Shown here: piece after piece, positions 1-8,880 of the stretch
Position numbering within the stretch: the first letter of the stretch is position 1
Layout: each line of letters begins with the position of its first letter
IMG/VR virus record: IMGVR_UViG_3300027917_004307
DNA: 64,000 nt
Origin: a virus
Lineage: Duplodnaviria > Heunggongvirae > Uroviricota > Caudoviricetes
Reading direction: 5' to 3' (one strand)
Made by a program: the position numbers and the translations under genes
Notes under the pieces: generated by a model
What the model saw: the letters and a program-made list of their open reading frames with translations, nothing else
Databases searched by the model: none
Told to the model about the DNA's origin: nothing

Positions 1-1641
1 CTAAATCTGTATAGCTTCCAGGAACCACTCCGGTAAAATATTGGCAGCCATGCTGAAGAACCGCCCAAAGTCTTCATCTACGATATAAGTGTGTGCCCAA
101 TCCTTATCGTGTCTAACCGACCGACCATACGATTGGCAGATCTTCAGAGCTGTCAGCCACACGTAGTAATTCCATGAAATTTCAACTCTTTTCTTCAATT
201 GTGGGTTTGCATTCTGATTTGGATACGGCACTTTGCAAATAATTTGGAATCTACTATCATTGTCGGTTAAATTGAGTCCCTCATGCATTGCTGGTGCTAT
301 TATGACTGAATTTTCATATTGCGAATGTTCTTCAAGCATTTCATCTTTACTAACGAAATCTTTTTGGAACAAAAACCTATCAGAGGAATCGCATGCGTCG
401 ATTAGTAAATTTGCTATTTCAAAATTGTGTGTATGAATTATTCCCTTATTATCTGGATATTTCTCACATATTCTATCAACAGTCTCCACGAGTCTCGGAT
501 ATGTTCTCACTTTGTTTTTATAGCTAAGAGAGCCGCATGGTTCAAAATAAATCGGGCGGTTCTCGACTGGAAACACGCTAGGCATTTTATAAGATGCGAC
601 TTCATTTTCATCTAATCCCAGCGCATCAACCATCGTCCTATGCGAAAGAATGGTGGCGCTCATTAGCAAAATTTTGTCTGCTTTCGAAAACAACAATTCG
701 TTGGCATATTTCCTAATGAATAATGGTTTCAATTCAATCATTCTGTGTCTTTTCTTAGTAAAATTACACACCCATTTGTCGTTATCAACCTCTCTCAACA
801 AAGCAAGCCTGGTAAGCATACTCTCAAGTCGTTCCAACTTCTTGATTTTATCGTTCGCACTCGCGGTTGCTGCAAGCAATCGCACCCTGCCCATCAGGTC
901 TATCTCGTCGAAATATTTAGCATATTCCTCTGGTGTCTTTCGTTCCTCCAAGATTATATCCAAATCCCTATCAGATATGGTAATAGAAACAAAGTCTAAA
1001 AGTTTGCCTTCCGTATTATGTGCTTCGTCCAGGCACATGAAGTTTCTCTTAGGGAATGCATCGGTAAACACTGTCTGGTACAAAAACGAATCAAAATTCA
1101 TCACACACATCTGCGCTGCTCTTGCCCTGAAGTTGGCATACCAGTATGCACAACTGGGCATACCATTGATCAAGGCCCCTGGGAACTCGTTTGGTACACA
1201 CTCACCCATTTTTGCTACTTTTTTGATAATCTTACACACACCAACATTGCAATTGAATTTAAACTCTGGACGGCTCAATTCTGCTATGAGCGTGCTCCGT
1301 ATAGCGTCACCATCTTCTTTTGCTTTCCTTATCATCTTAGGCCATAATTTGCATTCGTAAGCGTTACGACCCTTAATCGTAGCCAACGATTTATCGTGAC
1401 CAAAGTCGTTAATAAGCTGGTTCTGCAAAATCTTCGTTGCTGTAAGATAATATGCTTTATCAAAGTGCTTGGCAACTGTATATGCTATAGCAGATTTCCC
1501 AGCGCCAGTTGGCGATTCTAAAAAGACGACCCTTTTACCATTTGCAAATGAATCAAGCACGAATTCAATAGCCTCTTTTTGTCTGGGTCTAAACGACGGG
1601 AATGGAAAATATTTCATAGTATCCTCAAAAAAGATATACAT
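1..1641 (-). CDS. DinG/XPD(Rad3)-like SF2 DNA helicase with Fe-S cluster domain
   Basis: Walker A 'SPTGAGKS'. DEAH box 'CLDEAHN'. Four-Cys cluster (C-x-...NCNVGVC...C) between the helicase motifs, typical of XPD/DinG. Complete ORF with its stop at 1-3. Confidence 0.7.
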   Translation of the reverse strand: MYIFFEDTMKYFPFPSFRPRQKEAIEFVLDSFANGKRVVFLESPTGAGKSAIAYTVAKHFDKAYYLTATKILQNQLINDFGHDKSLATIKGRNAYECKLWPKMIRKAKEDGDAIRSTLIAELSRPEFKFNCNVGVCKIIKKVAKMGECVPNEFPGALINGMPSCAYWYANFRARAAQMCVMNFDSFLYQTVFTDAFPKRNFMCLDEAHNTEGKLLDFVSITISDRDLDIILEERKTPEEYAKYFDEIDLMGRVRLLAATASANDKIKKLERLESMLTRLALLREVDNDKWVCNFTKKRHRMIELKPLFIRKYANELLFSKADKILLMSATILSHRTMVDALGLDENEVASYKMPSVFPVENRPIYFEPCGSLSYKNKVRTYPRLVETVDRICEKYPDNKGIIHTHNFEIANLLIDACDSSDRFLFQKDFVSKDEMLEEHSQYENSVIIAPAMHEGLNLTDNDSRFQIICKVPYPNQNANPQLKKRVEISWNYYVWLTALKICQSYGRSVRHDKDWAHTYIVDEDFGRFFSMAANILPEWFLEAIQI

Positions 1642-1677
1642 TAAAATACGGACAATCAGGTGTGCTATTTGGGGATG

Positions 1678-2073
1678 TTATTTGATTTTGAAGTACTTCA
1701 GGAGTCTGCTGACGATAGTATCTTTCAGGCCAGAATCATCGACGCCCTCTTTTTGGGCTAGCTTCTGCAAATCCTTTTTCTTCATAGTTTTCAGATCAGT
1801 CTTGGTTGGGGTGTCAGGTTTAGAAACTTTCTTGACCTTCTTGGTCTTCTTGGTCTTAACGGGTTTGATTTCCACCTTATCATCGGTTGTACCGAATTTC
1901 TTATCCGGTCCAGGCTTCACTTCAGCCTTCATAATCCCGACTTTGACTTTAATTCTAGGCTTGCAATGTACGCAAGCCCCTTCATTCAGTTCGCCCCTAG
2001 ATACTATACGCTTGCATTTTGGGCAACGCATAATTCCCCCCTTAGCTGCTCGGCGTAATTGCAGCAGTATCAA
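1678..2073 (-). CDS. small DNA-binding protein with N-terminal zinc ribbon, Lys-rich linker and C-terminal SAP-like motif
   Basis: CPKCKR...CVHCKP zinc ribbon. The KPVKTKKTKKVKKVSK linker. The C-terminal 'LQKLAQKEGVDDSGLKDTIVSRLLKY' matches the SAP helix-extended-helix pattern. Confidence 0.45.
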   Translation of the reverse strand: MILLQLRRAAKGGIMRCPKCKRIVSRGELNEGACVHCKPRIKVKVGIMKAEVKPGPDKKFGTTDDKVEIKPVKTKKTKKVKKVSKPDTPTKTDLKTMKKKDLQKLAQKEGVDDSGLKDTIVSRLLKYFKIK

Positions 2074-2503
2074 AAATCAGTGCCAGCATCGTGTCGAGCT
2101 TATCGGTGTATGTGCTCAGGTTGTCAGACTCCGTGATGAGGTCTGGCAAATCAAGCCTGTGCTGGCCGCCGAAGTCATACCTAGAGTACGCCGGATAACT
2201 CGTTGAATCATCCAGCGAGAACAGGAAGTCAGCCATCAAGACTATATCGGTGATGGTTTTAGTGGCTGCTGCACCAGCATCCATCGTTGCTGCACTGACG
2301 AACGACAGATTCTCCCACAACGCAGTCTGAATGGCATCATACACTGTCGTATTAGTGATCTCAATCTGTGCGTAAGTTCCACCAGACGTAAAAACGCCCC
2401 AATTATTCCCACCTTCGTATTGGCAGTGAAAATACCCTACAGTGTTATCATTGTAGGTTACTATTCCAGAAAACCGTGCTGCCATGTCAGTAATCGAAGC
2501 CAT
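2042..2503 (-). CDS. hypothetical protein
   Basis: 153-aa ORF on the strand shared with its neighbours. No recognisable motif. Confidence 0.4.
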   Translation of the reverse strand: MASITDMAARFSGIVTYNDNTVGYFHCQYEGGNNWGVFTSGGTYAQIEITNTTVYDAIQTALWENLSFVSAATMDAGAAATKTITDIVLMADFLFSLDDSTSYPAYSRYDFGGQHRLDLPDLITESDNLSTYTDKLDTMLALIFDTAAITPSS

Positions 2504-2603
2504 ATTTCACCTCATAAATTTTAGGATCTATTATACGTTTGCCAGGACGTATTCTTATTGGTCCAGTGTATGGGAATAAATAAAATGAGCTTTTGGAGAT
2601 ATT

Positions 2604-2957
2604 TTGATGGATATCAGTGGAAAAGTATGGGGGCATACCAGCCGACTGTTCTCAAAAAACAATGTTGAATTATATAGAATATGGGGCAAAAAAGGCGGCA
2701 AGAGCTCGATGCACAGGCATGTTTCTAAGATATCATTATTCTTCGTCGAGAAGGGGAAGTTAAAGGTTGTTGTTGAAAAGAACGATTATAATCTGGTCGA
2801 TGAGACAATATTAACGGCTGGCCAGCAGATGACCATTCGACCAGAGGAATATCACAGATTCGAGGTACTTGAGAATGATACAGTAGCTTATGAAATATAC
2901 TGGGTAGAAATCGATAGCAACGATATACAAAGGAAAGATTGTGGGTCAATCGATTGA
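2604..2957 (+). CDS. cupin-fold protein
   Basis: His-containing beta-barrel motifs (HRH...EYHRFEV) resembling small cupins. Plus-strand gene sitting in a minus-strand context. Confidence 0.4.
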   Translation: MMDISGKVWGHTSRLFSKNNVELYRIWGKKGGKSSMHRHVSKISLFFVEKGKLKVVVEKNDYNLVDETILTAGQQMTIRPEEYHRFEVLENDTVAYEIYWVEIDSNDIQRKDCGSID

Positions 2958-3238
2958 TAATATGTCCGGGTCTTCAGTAATCAAATCAGCAATTATGTCA
3001 ACATATTCGAGCGGAACCATTCTGCCACGTGACGTCATTCTGACTTTTCTGTTCCTACGCGCCTTAAGTGCGCCGCTCAGGGCTTCAATAGAATATAGCC
3101 TGTATAATTCCTTTGCTTTTTCGGATAGACCAACGGGATTGTACATGCCGCGTTTGGCCATCAATGCATAGGTGATTTCTTTGGCTGTGGCATCTCTTAA
3201 ACCCATAGTAATTTATATTTGATCTCAAAAATATTGAA

Positions 3239-3640
3239 ATGGAGGACATAATGGACAATTTAGCTAGGCTAGTCAATAAGATCTGTGATGCTACGACTTA
3301 TCAGACGCTGTATTCTCTAGAAGAAGATTTTAACAATGTCGGGCTAACAATGCAATTCACAAAAAAGGGCGATGCAGCCATATGTAAAATCAAAGATGAC
3401 AAACCATCAGTTGCCAACCCAATGGAAGATCATATTTATATAGGAAGCCTGGACAATGCCCCAGATATCATAGGGTGTGACGCCGTAATAAAAATAATTA
3501 AATTTATCGTAAATGCTAAAGGCAGCAAAGCAGAAGTAAAGAACACCCCTCGTGGGTGGAAGAATGAATTAAGCATGTATGGAAATTCTATAAAAGTTGA
3601 AAACAAACACGAAGAGTACCAAATAACAGAAGATTTATAA
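3239..3640 (+). CDS. hypothetical protein
   Basis: 133-aa plus-strand ORF with an SD-like 'ggagga' immediately upstream of its ATG. Confidence 0.35.
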   Translation: MEDIMDNLARLVNKICDATTYQTLYSLEEDFNNVGLTMQFTKKGDAAICKIKDDKPSVANPMEDHIYIGSLDNAPDIIGCDAVIKIIKFIVNAKGSKAEVKNTPRGWKNELSMYGNSIKVENKHEEYQITEDL

Positions 3641-4342
3641 TAACGCTCTAAGTGCACCCACCCATGCTTCTATGTTCTGAACTATATCACCAAACGAATC
3701 TGCAATAACATGTCCAGCAGCCAATTCGTCCCATACAGCATCTGCTATTGCACCCGGCGATGTAGAACCTGCATGTCGTGGTATAATTATTACTGGATCG
3801 TTTACCGCTGGTGTAAAAGGCAGTGTTGATACAGTTAACGCGCCATTGGCGTTGGCATAAGAATTGATTGTCCTAGCAGATACTCCAGCGGCATTTATAA
3901 CAACAACCTGCAGATTATCCCAGAAGCCATCAGCTTCGGCAAGATTTGTTCTAATTTCTGTTGGGGATGAGCCCGCAATAGCGGTAGTTCTAGTGGCTAC
4001 AAGTGTCTCTCCCAAAGAGTCAAAGTCTTCTTGCGACACTTTCAAGATCGCAGACATCGCGTCATCAATTCTAGGCGGCGGAGGTGGAATCTTATTTACT
4101 TCAATCACGACACCGTACTCACCAACTCCGTTAGCAGTTATAAACGCCGTTGGTATGGTAAAGTAATACAACCCAGCTTTCACAGCAGATTGTGCAACTG
4201 CTGGGTTGTTTGTGGCCGTATTAGCAGGATTAACAACCGTTACAGTAAAAACACCAGGAGCCAGCCCAGTAACCAATAAACCAGCATTTACTACAACGAA
4301 CGATCCCTGAAAGCCATCAGACTGTTTAGCAAACCATACCAT
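3635..4342 (-). CDS. tail fibre-associated protein sharing C-terminal modules with the downstream beta-helix fibre
   Basis: Two sequence modules (EADGFWDNLQVVVINAAGVSARTINSYANANGALTVSTLPFTPAVNDPVIIIP and AVWDELAAGHVIADSFGDIV) are clearly homologous to the C-terminus of ORF 4342-6417 but occur in swapped order. PPPP linker. GC-rich. Confidence 0.5.
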   Translation of the reverse strand: MVWFAKQSDGFQGSFVVVNAGLLVTGLAPGVFTVTVVNPANTATNNPAVAQSAVKAGLYYFTIPTAFITANGVGEYGVVIEVNKIPPPPPRIDDAMSAILKVSQEDFDSLGETLVATRTTAIAGSSPTEIRTNLAEADGFWDNLQVVVINAAGVSARTINSYANANGALTVSTLPFTPAVNDPVIIIPRHAGSTSPGAIADAVWDELAAGHVIADSFGDIVQNIEAWVGALRALL

Positions 4343-6417
4343 TACGCCAACCCCGTTCTACCGTCGCTCACCATAGAAAGCACCATCACAGGGTCATCGA
4401 TCGATGGTGTGAAAGGTAGTGCACCGTTTAAATGAAACGCACCATCAGCGTTGGTATAAGAATCAATTTTGCGTACGGCAGTGCCAGCAGAGTTAATTAC
4501 CTGCAAGTACATCCCATCATAAAATCCATCAGCCTGTGTCAAACTTGTTTTAACAAGTACATCAGTGCTTCCTGAAGTAGCCAAACTATCGGCTATAACC
4601 GTGGCAGATATTTCAGCACCAAACGTTCCAGCCGTAGTATGATTGTCGGCCAATTCGTCCCACACAGTAGACGGAAGTGTGCGCTCCGTCACAGTAGCTC
4701 CAGCACTATTGTCAGTGAGGATTCCGACCCCGGCGATATATACATTGCCTGCGGTAATTGTGTTCATCAATGTCGCTACATAATATCCAGTCACCGCGAA
4801 CTGAGAACCGGCATTGGTCATGTTAGCTGCTACGATAATACCAGAGTAGTTGGCGAAACCAGCATTTCCGTCACCGTTCAGGTTAACAACCATTCCGGAT
4901 GACGACGTGCAGCGGTCTGCATTGAGGGTCTCTCCGGACGCCACAACAAACGTACCAGCCATAGTACAATTGTCAAGACTGCAATTTATGTTTGTAAATC
5001 CGCTCGGCAAATTACAATCGATAGCATCGAAATGGCCTGAGGCTGACCCAGTAAGCGTGACGCTCTTGAAAGCGGTACTAGATACACTCTGACCGTTCAT
5101 ATTCACACTGGCAGAGTCAGTGCTATGAGATTCAATCGTGTATCCATTAACAGCACCGGTTAGTGTGATACTGCCATGTATATGGATCTTCATGATGCTG
5201 TTGGCAGATGCGATAGCCAAAGCATCCGTAATATTATCAACCGGGCTGGATGCTGTGCCATTTGGAAATGCTGTTCCTGAATTGCCGCTCCCAGTGTCGA
5301 GCCACACGGTATCCCACTGCGTCTTTGTAATAAGTTCTTTGTTAAGCAAGCCATCTGTGTTCACGTCCGCCGTACCAGTGCTGTTATCTACAATGATTCC
5401 GACTCCTGAGATTATGATAGTTCCAGCAGTCACCGTGGAATCCAAAATAATCATTCCGCCAGTCAGTCCGACACCAACCTCCTCTGTATCTGAAGTCAAA
5501 TTCTTAATGGTGACTATACCGGAATAGTTAGGCATAGCCAGATCCTGGCCAACACCACCCATATCAATGATAGGCGGGTTGTCTTGGTCAATCGTATAAC
5601 AATTTGCCAAGACAGCTTCTTCACTACCGTCAAGTGTGATTGTGCCGTAGAGGCCACAATTGGTGATCTGTCCATTCACGTAGTTCAGCGTGCCAACATA
5701 AGAATCTTTTACAGTAGAACCACCATCTAGCGTTCCTTGGAGATCGCATTCTAAGAACTCACAATTGGTAACATTCGCAGCAGTATTTACAGTCAATGAC
5801 GACTTGGTGCGAGATTGCCCCCTAAACACCATATCCTGATAACCAGCACCGGAGTTAATAGTCAGATCACCAATAACATTAATTATACCAATGCCTTTCG
5901 CTGTGGCAATAACCATACAATCAGCTAAATTGTCTGTTGGTTGGCGAAGCGTGCCGGTAGGATAAATCTGTCCAGATCTAGCACGCCCAGTGGTGTTTGC
6001 AACATCAACATATATGCCGTCAGCGTATTCCCCAAACTCGATGGCAGATGAGTGGACCAAACCGGCACTATTCAGTGGGCGCACTGACACTTGGTTGAGA
6101 TTTACACGATCACCAACATTGCTGTTGGCTCCAACCAAGTTGACAGCATATTGGTCGTCTTCGAAGGTGATGGTATACTCGTTAACAATCTCAACCGTGC
6201 GAGCGAGTTCAACACCACCAATCTGGAAAGGTGGGTTGTGGTTATGGGTCTTTGGCCAATTGATTCCTTGGATATTGTCTTCGAGGCCCTTTAATGTCAG
6301 GCGGAACTGGTTCAGGTCCAGAGAATACACGTCGAACGGATCCGTCTGGATCAGTGTCATATCCGTTTTGTAGATGTAGATGACCTTGTTAGGCCAATCA
6401 ACTGTAATAGCCACCAC
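4342..6417 (-). CDS. tail fibre / tailspike with right-handed parallel beta-helix (pectate-lyase-like) repeats
   Basis: Many repeats of the N-C-(S/T)-x-x-N / G-x-x-I type (NCSLDNCTMAGTF, NCEFLECDLQG and similar), rich in G/T/N/S. C-terminal module shared with 3635-4342. Confidence 0.6.
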   Translation of the reverse strand: MVAITVDWPNKVIYIYKTDMTLIQTDPFDVYSLDLNQFRLTLKGLEDNIQGINWPKTHNHNPPFQIGGVELARTVEIVNEYTITFEDDQYAVNLVGANSNVGDRVNLNQVSVRPLNSAGLVHSSAIEFGEYADGIYVDVANTTGRARSGQIYPTGTLRQPTDNLADCMVIATAKGIGIINVIGDLTINSGAGYQDMVFRGQSRTKSSLTVNTAANVTNCEFLECDLQGTLDGGSTVKDSYVGTLNYVNGQITNCGLYGTITLDGSEEAVLANCYTIDQDNPPIIDMGGVGQDLAMPNYSGIVTIKNLTSDTEEVGVGLTGGMIILDSTVTAGTIIISGVGIIVDNSTGTADVNTDGLLNKELITKTQWDTVWLDTGSGNSGTAFPNGTASSPVDNITDALAIASANSIMKIHIHGSITLTGAVNGYTIESHSTDSASVNMNGQSVSSTAFKSVTLTGSASGHFDAIDCNLPSGFTNINCSLDNCTMAGTFVVASGETLNADRCTSSSGMVVNLNGDGNAGFANYSGIIVAANMTNAGSQFAVTGYYVATLMNTITAGNVYIAGVGILTDNSAGATVTERTLPSTVWDELADNHTTAGTFGAEISATVIADSLATSGSTDVLVKTSLTQADGFYDGMYLQVINSAGTAVRKIDSYTNADGAFHLNGALPFTPSIDDPVMVLSMVSDGRTGLA

Positions 6418-6426
6418 TCACCCCCA

Positions 6427-6750
6427 TTATTCACCGTCCGCATAGCTCGTGGTGCCTTTGGCATAGAACTGCTGTTGCAGACTGGCAAGCTGAGTGCGGT
6501 ACTGCTCAAGCAGACCACCAAGAGCACGCATCGTCTCCTCCAACTTGCCCATTCGCTGTTCTAATATACGAAACATCTTGCGAGTTTCGTTGCCATGGTT
6601 TACGGCAGCTTCAGTATTCCGGCGGTTGACTTCTTCAGAGGCCAGCATAGTTGCGATGTCTTTAGGAACCGCCATGATTTTGTCTAAAGCTTTCTTGTCG
6701 GTAATTTTAACTTCTACTTCCTCACCGCCTGTAGAGCCTATCGCTGTCAT
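6427..6750 (-). CDS. small coiled-coil protein (possible fibre assembly/neck factor)
   Basis: 107 aa with heptad-like Leu/Glu-rich sequence, lying between fibre genes. Confidence 0.35.
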   Translation of the reverse strand: MTAIGSTGGEEVEVKITDKKALDKIMAVPKDIATMLASEEVNRRNTEAAVNHGNETRKMFRILEQRMGKLEETMRALGGLLEQYRTQLASLQQQFYAKGTTSYADGE

Positions 6751-6759
6751 AAAAACCTC

Positions 6760-8553
6760 TTATTCGTCGGAGACCAACAAAACAGTAATATCTTTGTCTG
6801 CATCAGACGCCAATGTATCTACAATATCAAACTGTTTATAATACGGGGACGATGTTTGCTTCCTAGCCCATCCTGAGAAAGGTTGGTCGAAAGAAATCGA
6901 CCACGAATCACTAATCTCACCGCTACCATCTGTTGTTCCGGCAAGCATCACAAACGTCGCCGTAATCGTACCAGTCGCAGGAGAAGACCCAATGGTTTCA
7001 TTCGTGGTATAAGTATAAGTACTACCGTCAGAGTATGTGATCTGATAACGACCGTTATAGACGTCCTCGTTGGCTCCTTGGATGTTCACCCAATCCCCGG
7101 TTTCCAGGCCATGAGTCGCATGTGTGACGGTCGCTGTAGTACCAGATCCAGTAATGTTTACCGAGGCGTTGTAGGGGAAGTTGACACCGCTTGTCACTTC
7201 CACAAAAACCTGTACTCCAGAGATGACAGCTTTTGTGTCACCATCTTTGACAGTAATGGTAAGAGTAACCGGGCTGATAACTACGCTAGTTGACGCCCCA
7301 GACCCATTTCTAACGCTGAAATTTCCTGTGCCACCAGTGATATAAATCGTGATTGCTTTGCCGGAGTTGTTATAGATGGTGGAGTCATTCTGCTCATCAG
7401 AAGCATTGTAACCAGATGTCGTCCAGCCACGAAGTGTAATCGAACTAGGCGTGTTGCTGCCTAATTCAATCGCATGAGTAGTGGCCGTGCCCTTAGTGAA
7501 CTCCATATCGTCCAACTCACCATCAGGATCAGCATTGACGTTGTAATATAGGGCAGCGGTACCAGTAGAACCCTCGTAGCCTTTGATCACCGAACCTGTC
7601 AGGTCTGCGCCACCAGCTGTGATCTGACCGCAATCGTTGTATGAGTTACCAGTGACAGTCTGGCCACTAGCATAGGTGAAATCTCCGCCCCTACGGAAGA
7701 CGTTATCAGTAATCTCAACAGAACCTGGGCTACCGGTGGACATATCGAAGTCAAATCTTGTGTCGGCAGCGGTACCGGCGGACTTGATGGTAGACCCGGT
7801 GATGAGAATGTCCGCGCCGCTGCCATTACCGTTGATGGCGTAGAGTCCGTCAGCGACGGGCTGATCCGTGAAGATCAGCACGTCACCATCCATCTCGAAG
7901 TAGGTCGTGGTAGCGCCGTTGCCGAGCTGTATCTTGCCGTAACTGAAGTAAACACCCTCGCTCTCCAGCACTATCCCGTAGCCTATGAGTGTGGCCCCAG
8001 AAATACGGTCTGCTTCTGCAACATCACTAAGATGCACAGCATTTGAACCGCTACCTGTACCGCCAGTGATATAGTAGCCGTCCATGTAACGGAAGTAGTC
8101 GACCCAGGTATTGGTGGCATTCTTGGCGTTGGTGTGGTGATTGGCGCGGATACCCCAACGATCGACGTTGGCTGGGGTCACAGTGGTGAACAGCGCGCAG
8201 TCGACCACCATGTTGAACCAACCGCCGAAATAGTCGTCGCTGCTGAAGATAGTCACATAGTCGGTATTCGTACCGTCGTACACGAATACCTCGTAACCGC
8301 CGTTAGTCTCAGTCTCCATGTAGGGCACGTTGATCGTGTTGATCCAGAGACGGAGGTGTTCTCCGGAGCAAGAGATAGGCGAGCCCTTATCTACGTAACC
8401 CTCATCAAGGTCGGAGCGGAGGATGCCAGACATGGCGTTGGTACCCTCTTTCTTGATGTCTGGGTCCGCAGTAGTGAACTCAGTCCAATCGGTGTTAGCA
8501 TCAGCGTCGTCAATCTCAGTGAGATTGATTGCTCCCAGCGTTGCTGTTGCCAT
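6760..8553 (-). CDS. structural fibre / baseplate-distal protein (G/T/S-rich beta protein)
   Basis: 597 aa, GC-rich, with Gly/Thr/Ser-rich beta-strand composition typical of phage receptor-binding proteins. Adjacent to the other fibre genes. Confidence 0.5.
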   Translation of the reverse strand: MATATLGAINLTEIDDADANTDWTEFTTADPDIKKEGTNAMSGILRSDLDEGYVDKGSPISCSGEHLRLWINTINVPYMETETNGGYEVFVYDGTNTDYVTIFSSDDYFGGWFNMVVDCALFTTVTPANVDRWGIRANHHTNAKNATNTWVDYFRYMDGYYITGGTGSGSNAVHLSDVAEADRISGATLIGYGIVLESEGVYFSYGKIQLGNGATTTYFEMDGDVLIFTDQPVADGLYAINGNGSGADILITGSTIKSAGTAADTRFDFDMSTGSPGSVEITDNVFRRGGDFTYASGQTVTGNSYNDCGQITAGGADLTGSVIKGYEGSTGTAALYYNVNADPDGELDDMEFTKGTATTHAIELGSNTPSSITLRGWTTSGYNASDEQNDSTIYNNSGKAITIYITGGTGNFSVRNGSGASTSVVISPVTLTITVKDGDTKAVISGVQVFVEVTSGVNFPYNASVNITGSGTTATVTHATHGLETGDWVNIQGANEDVYNGRYQITYSDGSTYTYTTNETIGSSPATGTITATFVMLAGTTDGSGEISDSWSISFDQPFSGWARKQTSSPYYKQFDIVDTLASDADKDITVLLVSDE

Positions 8554-8556
8554 GGC

Positions 8557-8880
8557 TTACTCGCACTTCTCTTTGAGGGTCTCTATAACAGGGCGCAGCT
8601 GCCGTACCTTTTGCTCGGTCAGGCAATTGAACAGTTTGCACATGCGTGGTTTCTTGTCCTGTATCCTGCATATAGCAAACCCGTTATTTAGTTTGCTCAG
8701 ATAGATACAGATATCGTCTTCATCCACAGGGATCGTAGGCCCGAGGTCTCCGTCAATAACTACAATATCGGCTGATATTTTTTCATCAGATGCGTAAGAG
8801 CAGCCACCAAAAACGCTGTCGCGGCGGTAGCCACAACACCAACCACACCGCACACAATCCACGAAGAACTCTTTAGGCAT
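8557..8880 (-). CDS. YkgJ/UPF0153-like CxxCxxCC metal-binding protein
   Basis: 'CVRCGWCCG' CxxCxxCC motif plus a further Cys (KPRMCKLFNC) as in the putative zinc/iron-chelating domain family. Confidence 0.45.
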   Translation of the reverse strand: MPKEFFVDCVRCGWCCGYRRDSVFGGCSYASDEKISADIVVIDGDLGPTIPVDEDDICIYLSKLNNGFAICRIQDKKPRMCKLFNCLTEQKVRQLRPVIETLKEKCE

